DNA from: a bacterium | Lineage (GTDB): Bacteria; Bacillota; Clostridia; Oscillospirales; Acutalibacteraceae | DNA length: 18,428 bases | Reading direction: 5' to 3' | Assembly: GCA_963652165.1 (NCBI GenBank) | Contig: CAVJRM010000031.1 | Coordinates: 1 to 18,428 of the forward strand | Shown here: piece after piece, positions 1 to 7,669 of the stretch | Layout of the letters: every line of letters begins with the position of its first letter | Numbering within the stretch: the first letter of the stretch is position 1 | Made by a program: the position numbers and the translations under genes | Notes under the pieces: model-generated | Database searches by the model: none | Told to the model about the DNA's origin: nothing | The model's input: only the letters and a program-made list of their open reading frames with translations

Positions 1-5
1 ATGCT

Positions 6-48
6 CTATGGATTATTCAGTTATCAATGTGCAACTTGTTATTGCAAT
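6..48. repeat. Left copy of an imperfect inverted repeat shared with 18255..18298 (possible IS terminal repeat)
   Basis: ctatggattatt (6..17) is the exact reverse complement of 18287..18298. The 7-mer caacttg (32..38) matches the reverse complement of 18265..18271 at nearly the same spacing (14 vs 15 nt). ttat/caat tetramers flank both. Several indels are needed and the region is AT-rich. Confidence 0.4.
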
Positions 49-110
49 TTACAAAGTTTTTTAAATAATTAATTCAACTTAAAAATTACAGAATTTATAA
101 GTTTTAAGAT

Positions 111-1457
111 TTAATCACATATGTTGAATTCAACAGTAAATTCAGTTCCCAGCTCCGGGTTGCTTTCAACAAATATATTCGCATTTATAAGTTCAGTCAT
201 TCTTTTTGTAATCGAAAGGCCAAGGCCGTGACCGCTTTTGGTGTCTCTTGCTTTATCGCCTCTGTAAAATCTTTCAAAAATGTGATCAATGTCTTTTTTA
301 TCAATCACAGTTGATGTGTTTCTGACCTTCAGTAATGCTTTCTTTTTATCTTTATGAAGTGAAATAATAATATTTCCGTTTCGTGCTTCATATTTCATTG
401 CGTTGCTGATAAGCCCTGAGCAAATTCTTTCAACGTAATCTTTATTTGAGTCAATATAAATACTGTCTTCTATATCGGTTATATAGTTTATTCCCTTATC
501 AAATGCAAGAGATTCCATTTGCAGAGAAATTTTATTTACTGTGTGAGAAACATCAATTTTACTTATTTCTACGTTTATTTCTTTAGATTCCATCTGAGAA
601 AGTGTGAGCATTTCGCTTATCATATTTAGCATATTGTGTGCAGCGTTATCGGTGGAATCAATCCATTGTTTTTGCTCAGCCACTGTTGAACTTTCATTGG
701 ATTTCAAAATGCTGTTGTTTGCCAAAATAACCGTTATAGGCGTTTTAAGGTCATGGGAAACGTCTGCAACAAATTGCTTCTCCATTTCCATTGACTGTTC
801 AAGAGGCTTAACCGCAATTTTTGAGATGTAAAACGAAATTATGTAAAATATAACCATTGCCATAGCAAAAATTGCTATCAGTATAAGTATAAGCTCAATA
901 ATCGGTGTTGTAACAAATAGTGTGCTGGCTAATGCAATTCTGTAATATCCGTTATCATTATTTACATAATAGTATAGTGATAAATCTGTTATTTTTCCGA
1001 AATTTTCATCGAAATTAATAACTTTTGATACGGCAGATTGAATTGTTGTATCACTTAAATCCGATGAGTCTGAAAGAATTGTTATTCCTTTTTCTTCCGA
1101 ATACAAAACAGCTGTTATATTTTTACTGTAATCAAGGTCAAATAAAGATCTTAATCTTCTCCTTGATTTCTTGGAATTATCATTAGGTTTTGATGGTGGA
1201 GTTTGATTATCGTCGTCAGGCTTAGATGGTGGTGTTATATTATCATTTGAATCTTGCGATGGGAAAAGTGCAGGCTTATCAACGGTAATTTCAATTGAAG
1301 AGGATGAGAATGGCGAAATCACCTGCCTCATCGTTGATTCAATATCACTGTATATACCTGTGCCCATATATATTCCAACCGCTGTAAGAATAATTATCAA
1401 TACTGTTCCGATTAGAATAAGATTTAACCATATAAACCTTTTACGATAATTTTGCAT
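111..1457 (-). CDS. Two-component sensor histidine kinase (HisKA + HATPase_c), two TM helices flanking an extracytoplasmic domain of about 150 aa
   Basis: H-box VADVSHDLKTPIT. C-terminal ATPase motifs NAMKY, RFYRGD and GHGLGLSI. N-terminal TM helix (FIWLNLILIGTVLIIILTAVGIY) and a second TM helix (IIELILILIAIFAMAMVIFYIISFY). ATGA overlap with the upstream response-regulator stop codon. Confidence 0.9.
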   Translation of the reverse strand: MQNYRKRFIWLNLILIGTVLIIILTAVGIYMGTGIYSDIESTMRQVISPFSSSSIEITVDKPALFPSQDSNDNITPPSKPDDDNQTPPSKPNDNSKKSRRRLRSLFDLDYSKNITAVLYSEEKGITILSDSSDLSDTTIQSAVSKVINFDENFGKITDLSLYYYVNNDNGYYRIALASTLFVTTPIIELILILIAIFAMAMVIFYIISFYISKIAVKPLEQSMEMEKQFVADVSHDLKTPITVILANNSILKSNESSTVAEQKQWIDSTDNAAHNMLNMISEMLTLSQMESKEINVEISKIDVSHTVNKISLQMESLAFDKGINYITDIEDSIYIDSNKDYVERICSGLISNAMKYEARNGNIIISLHKDKKKALLKVRNTSTVIDKKDIDHIFERFYRGDKARDTKSGHGLGLSITKRMTELINANIFVESNPELGTEFTVEFNICD

Positions 1458-2128
1458 CAGTCGGCCTCCAGCTTGTAACCGATTTTTTGAATATTTTTGA
1501 TTGTGTATTTTGTGCCTAAATACTTAAATTTCTTTCTTAAAAAAGAAATATAAGCTTCCACATTATTATCTGTGGCATCGGAGTCATATCCCCAAACCGT
1601 ATTTATTATATTATCTTTTGTAAAAGTATTTGATGGATTTGATAAAAACATTTTACAAAGATCAAATTCTTTTTTACTGAGTTGAACAGAATCTGTTCCG
1701 CAGGAAAGCTTTGCACAATCAAGCTCAAGCACTAAATCACCATGCCTAAGCTCATCAAGTGTTATTTCACCTTTTCTTCTTGATAAAGCTATAATTCTCG
1801 CAACAAGCTCGTCTGTGTCAAATGGTTTTGTCATATAATCATCTGCACCTGCTGTAAGCCCGGTAACCTTGTCTGAAATGTATGTTCTTGCAGTGAGCAT
1901 TAAAACAGGGGAGTTGACACCCATTTTTCTAATTGTTTGCACAACCTGAAAACCATCCATTTTAGGAAGCATTACATCAAGAATGATAACATCATAATTT
2001 GCGCCTGTAGCATAAGCTACTGCATCTTCGCCGTCATAAACAGCATCTGCAAACCAGCCTTTTCCCTCAAGTATTTTCTTTATGGCATTGGCAAGAGAAA
2101 CTTCATCTTCAACAATAAGTATATTCAT
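1457..2128 (-). CDS. OmpR-family response regulator (receiver + winged-helix DNA-binding domain)
   Basis: MNILIVEDE, phospho-acceptor context VIILDVMLP, KPF motif, C-terminal winged helix (LSKKEFDLCKMF, GYKL). ATG at 2128 was preferred over the ORF-track start at 2143 because GGAGG (2137..2141) lies 8 nt upstream of it. Confidence 0.92.
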   Translation of the reverse strand: MNILIVEDEVSLANAIKKILEGKGWFADAVYDGEDAVAYATGANYDVIILDVMLPKMDGFQVVQTIRKMGVNSPVLMLTARTYISDKVTGLTAGADDYMTKPFDTDELVARIIALSRRKGEITLDELRHGDLVLELDCAKLSCGTDSVQLSKKEFDLCKMFLSNPSNTFTKDNIINTVWGYDSDATDNNVEAYISFLRKKFKYLGTKYTIKNIQKIGYKLEAD

Positions 2129-2151
2129 TATATTTGCCTCCATTGCATATT

Positions 2152-2180
2152 ATTATATCATCTATATTTGATATTATAAA
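2152..2180 (-). promoter_or_regulatory. Candidate sigma-A promoter for the RR/HK operon (extended -10)
   Basis: Minus strand reads TTTATA, 17 nt, TATAAT, with TGn immediately upstream of the -10 (TGATATAAT). The -35 is weak and the implied leader is very short. Confidence 0.3.
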
Positions 2181-2311
2181 CTGTCATCTTAAAAAATACT
2201 TAAAATTTTTTTATGTTTTTTCAGAAAGTTTTAAGAATTTTGCATATAATCATAAACAAGAAAGATAATTTTGACAAATTCTTTTTCTCCCCCTAATATT
2301 CTATATGAGTG

Positions 2312-2340
2312 GAAAAGCAGCCCTTTATGGACTGCTTTTC
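2312..2340 (-). terminator. Hairpin terminator downstream of the GH3 gene
   Basis: Perfect 9-bp stem GAAAAGCAG/CTGCTTTTC with an 11-nt loop, starting 7 nt after the GH3 stop codon. The U-tract is part of the 3' arm and the stem is A/U-rich, so it is probably weak. Confidence 0.4.
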
Positions 2341-2347
2341 TGCTGTT

Positions 2348-4747
2348 TTATTGTAATTTGTTAATTGTCATAGATAAAACTGTTTTTGCATTGTTTTGAA
2401 CCTCTGCCAAACTTATACCTTCTTTCATTCCTATTGCAGAAAGAAGGGTACCATCTGATTTTGTTCTGTGCCTACCTACTCTTGTGCCACCCGGCATAAG
2501 AACATTTACACCGGCTCTTACTCTGTATGCTTGATTTTTTGCACCGGGGAATTCGGGTGATGTCTTATTTCTCATCCACCAGTCTGTCATTACGTTGCCT
2601 TTATATCCCCATTCTTTCTTCAAAATACCCGTAACAAGTTCATATTGATAATGGCCCCAAACTCCGTTTATTCTATTGTATGAGGTCATTAAATTAAGGG
2701 GATTAGCGGTCTTAACGCAAATTTCAAAGCCTAAAAGATAAATTTCTCGTAAAGCTCTTTCGGATACTATTGAATCGGCAAAGGTCCTGTTTGTTTCTTG
2801 ATTATTACAAGCAAAATGTTTAGGACAAGCTGATAAACCGTATTTTTGCACGCCCTTTACTACCGCCGCACCACATTTTCCGGTAACAACGGGATCTTCA
2901 GAAAAATATTCAAAATTTCGTCCGCAAAGGGGATTGCGATGAATGTTCATTCCCGGGGCAAGCAGAACATCAGAGCCTCTCGCTTTCATTTCTTTTCCTA
3001 TTTCTTCATATAAGCACTCAATAAGCTCTGTGTTCCAAGTTGATGCAAGGCTTACTCCTATGGGGAGTAATGAAGATGTTGCTTTAAGCCTTATTCCGCT
3101 GGGACCGTCGGTTGTGGTAATAGGCGGCACTCCTTTTTCTTCAAGAGATTTTGTTATGCCTCCGAATACACCTGCGTTACCTGTTGGACCAAGAGGACTG
3201 CTCATAATAAAGTCGCCTCTTGAGAGAGCCTCAAGGTCATCGTAACTAAGCTGAGCAACAAAATCATCTAAAGATATTTTTCCGTTCTTTACATCTATCA
3301 GTTTATGCCCTTTATTGCCTGTAGGCTTTATGCCTTTCGGAATATTGCCGAGAATGGTTTCTCTTAAATCTCTTTTTGAAAGAGCAACTTCCTTATATTT
3401 CGGCTTTCCGCCAATATTTTCCAGCCTCATAAAAGATTTATAGGGTGCGCCAAACTGCTCAAGCTGCTCTGTTATAATATCTTCTTTAATTTCAATCTCA
3501 CCGCATTTAGATGCACTTCTAACATCTGTGCCGAGATATATGTTATATGCACCTTTTTCAAGTATAAATGCACTAAGCTCCTCGCTATATGAGGCCATTT
3601 CTTTTATGGGAAAACTTAAAGAAATATTTTCTTTTTCACCGGGCTTGATTTCATTTGTTTTCTTGAATGTAACCAATACTCTTGAAGGCTTACCAAGCTT
3701 TCCTTGGGGTGCCTCAAAATAAACTTGTATTACTTCTTTTCCCGAATATTCACCTACATTATTTATGTCAGCAGATATATTTACTTTTTCATCAAAAGCA
3801 AAATTTATGTTATCAATTTTGAATTCTGTATAACTTAAGCCATAGCCAAAAGGATAGATTACTTTATCTTTTGCGAAAGTTTCAAAGTATCTGTAACCTA
3901 CATAAATGTCCTCTGTATAATAATTTTCTTTTCTATCTCCGAAATTATCAGAGCCCGGATAATCAGCATAAGATTTTGCTATGGTATCAGTAAGCTTGCC
4001 GCATGGGCTGACTTTACCGCTTAAAACGTCGGCAATTGCGTTTCCGCTTTCCATGCCTGCTTGCCAAACATATAGAATTGATGAGATGTTATCATAAGCG
4101 CTTATTTCACTGAAATCCATTATACTGCCGCAATTAAGCAAAAGAATTACATCCTTGAAATTTGACGTTACTCTGCTTACAAGTTTCTTTTCTTCATCAC
4201 TTAATAAATAACTGCCTTTTTCCAACTTTAATTCTCTGTCTTCACCGGAGGATCTGCCGAGTATAATTATAGCTTTATCGGAACTTTTAGCAGCCTCAAT
4301 GCACATTTCATTGCTGATTTCAATTTCGTCATAGCTCATTGGCCAATGGCCCCAATACCCGTCGTCAACTGGATTTTTGGAGCAAAGTTTTTTATATTCG
4401 TCTGCAAGTTTTTCGTTCAGTTTTATTCCCGAATTTTTGAGGCCATCCATAAATCCTATTTTATACGGTGCGTTTACATCTCCACCGGAGCCGTATCCAA
4501 CATAGAAAAAATCGTTTTGAACTCTTCCAAAAACGGATACAACTTCATTTTCTTTTATAGGCAAAACGTTTCTGTCGTTTTTGAGCATAACGATGCCCTC
4601 TGCACCTGCTTTGCGGCAAAGCTCACTGATTTCGCTGCTGATTTCAAATTTTTCCGATTCATCACCGGTTGTTTGCGAGGTGGCGGAAACAACTGTGTTT
4701 ACAATTTTACCGATTATTTTATTTGCTTTTTTTATAACTTTATTCAT
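2348..4747 (-). CDS. Glycoside hydrolase family 3 (beta-glucosidase/beta-xylosidase-like), cytoplasmic, with permuted domain order
   Basis: GH3 C-domain motifs occur first (IVMLKNDRNVLPI, GYGLSYTEF). The catalytic barrel motifs occur last (TTDGPSGIR, KHFACNNQE, nucleophile context VMTDWW with the Asp codon at 2582..2584). No signal peptide. RBS GGAGGAG upstream of the ATG. Confidence 0.9.
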   Translation of the reverse strand: MNKVIKKANKIIGKIVNTVVSATSQTTGDESEKFEISSEISELCRKAGAEGIVMLKNDRNVLPIKENEVVSVFGRVQNDFFYVGYGSGGDVNAPYKIGFMDGLKNSGIKLNEKLADEYKKLCSKNPVDDGYWGHWPMSYDEIEISNEMCIEAAKSSDKAIIILGRSSGEDRELKLEKGSYLLSDEEKKLVSRVTSNFKDVILLLNCGSIMDFSEISAYDNISSILYVWQAGMESGNAIADVLSGKVSPCGKLTDTIAKSYADYPGSDNFGDRKENYYTEDIYVGYRYFETFAKDKVIYPFGYGLSYTEFKIDNINFAFDEKVNISADINNVGEYSGKEVIQVYFEAPQGKLGKPSRVLVTFKKTNEIKPGEKENISLSFPIKEMASYSEELSAFILEKGAYNIYLGTDVRSASKCGEIEIKEDIITEQLEQFGAPYKSFMRLENIGGKPKYKEVALSKRDLRETILGNIPKGIKPTGNKGHKLIDVKNGKISLDDFVAQLSYDDLEALSRGDFIMSSPLGPTGNAGVFGGITKSLEEKGVPPITTTDGPSGIRLKATSSLLPIGVSLASTWNTELIECLYEEIGKEMKARGSDVLLAPGMNIHRNPLCGRNFEYFSEDPVVTGKCGAAVVKGVQKYGLSACPKHFACNNQETNRTFADSIVSERALREIYLLGFEICVKTANPLNLMTSYNRINGVWGHYQYELVTGILKKEWGYKGNVMTDWWMRNKTSPEFPGAKNQAYRVRAGVNVLMPGGTRVGRHRTKSDGTLLSAIGMKEGISLAEVQNNAKTVLSMTINKLQ

Positions 4748-4770
4748 TTGTGATCTCCTCCGTTTTTGCT

Positions 4771-4799
4771 ATTATATCATCCATTTTACATTTATTCAA
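4771..4799 (-). promoter_or_regulatory. Candidate sigma-A promoter for the GH3 gene
   Basis: Minus strand reads TTGAAT (4794..4799), 17 nt, TATAAT (4771..4776), preceded by TGn (TGATATAAT). Confidence 0.45.
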
Positions 4800-4801
4800 T
4801 C

Positions 4802-4829
4802 TTGACGCAATAATTATTTATGATATAAT
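4802..4829 (+). promoter_or_regulatory. Candidate sigma-A promoter for the 79-aa membrane protein gene
   Basis: TTGACG (4802..4807), 16 nt, TATAAT (4824..4829), with extended -10 TGATATAAT. The GGAGG RBS follows about 20 nt downstream. Confidence 0.5.
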
Positions 4830-4858
4830 TTTTTATACAAATTCTTTTGGAGGTATTT

Positions 4859-5098
4859 ATGTTTAAAAAAATAACTGTTGCTTTCGGCAAGCCTATTTGT
4901 GTTGTATTATATGCTGCTTTTTCGGCTTTGCTTGTGAAAGAAATATGGATTCCATTTGCTGCTCTTGCACTCATGCATTTTTGTGAATTTATTGTTATAG
5001 GTTATAAAGTAGGCAAAAGCAATAATTTAGGATTTTTTACTTCTTTTGTAAATTGTCTTTGCTTCGGTTTTACATGGTGGCTTCCTATAAAAAAATAA
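4859..5098 (+). CDS. Small hydrophobic membrane protein (79 aa, about 3 hydrophobic segments), function unknown
   Basis: ATG at 4859 lies 6 nt after GGAGG (4849..4853); the ORF-track TTG start at 4847 overlaps that RBS. The gene has its own promoter and terminator. Sequence MFKKITVAFGKPICVVLYAAF...FGFTWWLPIKK; I recognise no family. Confidence 0.55.
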   Translation: MFKKITVAFGKPICVVLYAAFSALLVKEIWIPFAALALMHFCEFIVIGYKVGKSNNLGFFTSFVNCLCFGFTWWLPIKK

Positions 5099-5106
5099 AA
5101 AGTTAA

Positions 5107-5128
5107 AGCCTACCCTTAGGGGCAGGCT
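5107..5128. terminator. Bidirectional intrinsic terminator between convergent genes
   Basis: AGCCTACCC-TTAG-GGGGCAGGCT, a 9-position stem with one mismatch. It has an A-rich tract upstream and CTTTTC downstream. It abuts the TagF-like stop codon (5134..5136). Confidence 0.6.
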
Positions 5129-5133
5129 CTTTT

Positions 5134-7032
5134 CTATGATTTCAATGCTTTAATTATTGCATCTGCTACTCTTTGACTTGACTTACCGTCAAGATCTTTA
5201 AAAAATTTATGTTTAAATGAATCAATTTTTTCACTTTCATAATCTTCACTTTTTATTGCCTTTGTCATTTCCTCTTGCGTGAAAACTATTTTACCCGGAA
5301 CAAATGTTTCAAAATCACAATAAAAATCTCTTTCTGAAATATACTGATATAAATCATAGGCAAAAAACAGCATCGGAATATTTAATAAAGACGCCTCAAA
5401 CACTGAGCTTGAATAATCTGTAATTAAAAGATCTGTAACAAACAATAAATCATTAAGTTCATCCTCGTTAGATAAATCGATTATATAATCTTTATATTTT
5501 TTGTTGATTACATATTTTTCTTTACAAAATGGATGAAGTTTTATGAGTATTGCGTATTCGCCGTTTGTGTCTTCAAAAAATTTATTCGGATTAAAAACAT
5601 CGATAGGGTAGTAGGCACTGTTTTGACCGTTTCCTCTGAAAGTAGGGGCAAACAAAATAATTTTTTTATCTTTTAATTTCGGGTGTCTTGAATAAAAATC
5701 CGCTTTTACTTTTTGAGCATAATCTTCATCTGAGAATATATCCGTTCTGGGCACACCTGTTGCAAGTACGTTTTTGTCACTGATGCCAAAGCCCTCAGCG
5801 TAGAATTTAATAATATTTTCAGAGCTTACTGTGGCATAGTCATACATTCTGTGATCAGGTGCCGTCTGCTTAGGCCCACCCGGCTTGCCTAATCTTGAAA
5901 AACCGAAAGTTTTAAATGCACCGCAGGCGTGCCATAATTGAAAGAGAGTAACATTATCTCTTTTTGTAACAGTATTTAAAAGATTATAATAATCATCCAC
6001 AATCACAACTTTGCTTGTTGCATATAGTTCATAAAATCTTTTTTTGTCCTTATTTCTTGAACTCCTGTCCAATGAACTGCTAAGCAAAAATTGAAAATCT
6101 ATATCTTTGTTATTTTTTATAATGTCATAAACAAATTTTTCGTTTCCGCTTAATTCATCTCTTCTTCCGGAAATAAAAGCAATCCTATTTTCTATCACCG
6201 GTTTTTTACATAATTTATTGTAATAGTTAATAAGCAAAGATTCACGGAAAGTAATTATTCTTTTTGATATTTGATTATTTTTTAAGGCGTATTTAATGAA
6301 TGAAGCTATATTTGTTTTAATTTGAACTATAAATAATTTCAAAAATCCATTGGTTTCCACGCATTTTCTTTGCTTATTTATATTTAATGCTGCAAATAAT
6401 GCGTCAATCATGAAAAACGGCAATAATAAAATTGCACCTATCAGTGCCAAAAGAGTGGTAAGAAATTCAGCGATTGTTGAGAAAAATTTAAAAAGTTTTC
6501 TGTTTTTAGTTGTATTTTTTTCGGCATAAATTATAAATTGCTTGTTTTCCGGATTTGCTGAAAATTTATAATTATAATCTAAAATATTATTTTCTTCATC
6601 TGTGGCATTTTCTTCCTCGGCATTTCCGTATGCCGTTATTCCGTCAAAAATTTCTCCGCCTATAAATTTATTATCGATATTTTTATCGATTGATTTAAGC
6701 GATACATTCTCAGAAATAAAAAATGGAATATTTTCGTAACAGTTATCACCAAAATCTATCTCAAATTCGGCAGTGATTTTATCATCGTTGGTTTCGGTAA
6801 AAATATTACTTATATTATAAACATAGGAAAAAATAGTTACAGTGTCATTTGTCCTTGACCTTTTGAATGAATTTCTCATAAGAAGAGGAAGCCTTCTTAT
6901 TTCATCATTTTTGCGAAAATTTATTCTCATTTTTGGCGATATACCGTCATTGCCGCATACAACCGCAACATCAATTTTAAGCTTATCAAGTGTAATTTCA
7001 ACATCGTTAAGAATTACATGAAAATCTTGCAT
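5134..7032 (-). CDS. CDP-glycerol glycerophosphotransferase (TagB/TagF family) with an unassigned N-terminal domain of about 185 aa and a long hydrophobic segment
   Basis: C-terminal about 380 aa carry TagF-type motifs (LFQLWHACGAFKTFGFSR, ILFAPTFRG, IKLHP, LITDYSSSVFEASLL). ATG at 7032 was preferred over 7038 because AAGGA (7042..7046) is 9 nt upstream of it. The hydrophobic stretch FFSTIAEFLTTLLALIGAILLLPFFMIDALFAAL maps to about 6385..6486. Confidence 0.8.
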   Translation of the reverse strand: MQDFHVILNDVEITLDKLKIDVAVVCGNDGISPKMRINFRKNDEIRRLPLLMRNSFKRSRTNDTVTIFSYVYNISNIFTETNDDKITAEFEIDFGDNCYENIPFFISENVSLKSIDKNIDNKFIGGEIFDGITAYGNAEEENATDEENNILDYNYKFSANPENKQFIIYAEKNTTKNRKLFKFFSTIAEFLTTLLALIGAILLLPFFMIDALFAALNINKQRKCVETNGFLKLFIVQIKTNIASFIKYALKNNQISKRIITFRESLLINYYNKLCKKPVIENRIAFISGRRDELSGNEKFVYDIIKNNKDIDFQFLLSSSLDRSSRNKDKKRFYELYATSKVVIVDDYYNLLNTVTKRDNVTLFQLWHACGAFKTFGFSRLGKPGGPKQTAPDHRMYDYATVSSENIIKFYAEGFGISDKNVLATGVPRTDIFSDEDYAQKVKADFYSRHPKLKDKKIILFAPTFRGNGQNSAYYPIDVFNPNKFFEDTNGEYAILIKLHPFCKEKYVINKKYKDYIIDLSNEDELNDLLFVTDLLITDYSSSVFEASLLNIPMLFFAYDLYQYISERDFYCDFETFVPGKIVFTQEEMTKAIKSEDYESEKIDSFKHKFFKDLDGKSSQRVADAIIKALKS

Positions 7033-7102
7033 GCACATACATCCTTATTTTTCAATTTGCATTAGATAATATATCATTTCATAAGGTTATCGTCAAGAAG
7101 CA

Positions 7103-7669
7103 TTATTGTATTGCTTCCATAATCAAATTTGCACTCAATCCGGCAACTCCACACAAAACCATCACAAGAATCGGGCTAGCTTTGAATTTTCTCAGCACAA
7201 AAAAAGCGGCAATAAATATAATTATTCCAATATAATTTATTGAACTTAAAGAAACTGTATCTCCGAATGCCACCATTTTAAGGATTGATAGTCCTGCAGC
7301 AGCTATGAGAGCTACAACAGCCGGTCTTAAACTTTTTAAAACACTTTGCAACACGCTTATGTCTTTGTATCTGAAATAAATGTAAGATAAAATTGAGCCT
7401 ATTATAATTCCCGGTAAAATGCATCCGAATGTTGCAATAATTGCTCCGGGAATTCCGGCAATTCTTATGCCGACGAAAGTAGCGGAGTTTACAGCGATCG
7501 GGCCGGGAGTCATTTCTGCTATAGTAATTAAATCTGTAAATTCACTGAGCGTCAGCCAGCCGTTTACATCAACTGCGTGATGCTCTATCAAAGGCATGGC
7601 TGCATATCCGCCGCCTATTGAAAATAATCCTATCTGAAGGAAAGCCCAGAAAAGCTTAAGATAAAGCAT
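7103..7669 (-). CDS. chrA: Chromate transporter family protein, half-size (second of a pair)
   Basis: 188 aa, polytopic. CHR-family motifs FSIGGGYAAMPL and MTPGPIAVN. GGAGGG RBS 6 nt upstream of the ATG. 14-nt overlap with the upstream paralog. Confidence 0.85.
   Translation of the reverse strand: MLYLKLFWAFLQIGLFSIGGGYAAMPLIEHHAVDVNGWLTLSEFTDLITIAEMTPGPIAVNSATFVGIRIAGIPGAIIATFGCILPGIIIGSILSYIYFRYKDISVLQSVLKSLRPAVVALIAAAGLSILKMVAFGDTVSLSSINYIGIIIFIAAFFVLRKFKASPILVMVLCGVAGLSANLIMEAIQ

Noticed and set aside
1-72. Open frame from the window edge to a TAA at 70..72 (MLYGLFSYQCATCYCNLQSFLNN, Cys-rich)
   Set aside because: Only 23 codons are visible and the frame is open to the window edge. I cannot tell a gene 3' end from noise. 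It also overlaps the repeat at 6..48.
2271-2340. Plus-strand TTGACA, 17 nt, TAATAT promoter-like motif (2271..2299) firing straight into the 2312..2340 hairpin
   Set aside because: The implied transcript would be about 40 nt, or an antisense RNA to the GH3 3' end. No + strand gene follows. Consensus-like hexamers arise easily in AT-rich intergenic DNA. Only a mapped transcription start would change this.
604-4805. Plus-strand ORFs 604..831, 1937..2179, 2943..3245, 3528..3722, 4346..4753 and 4581..4805
   Set aside because: Each lies entirely antisense to a minus-strand gene with clear family motifs (HK, RR, GH3). Their products are low-complexity with no RBS, as expected for shadow ORFs in AT-rich DNA.
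4792-4974. Minus-strand 60-aa ORF overlapping the small membrane protein gene and its promoter
   Set aside because: It is antisense to a gene with a consensus promoter, RBS and terminator. It has no RBS of its own and its start would lie inside that gene.
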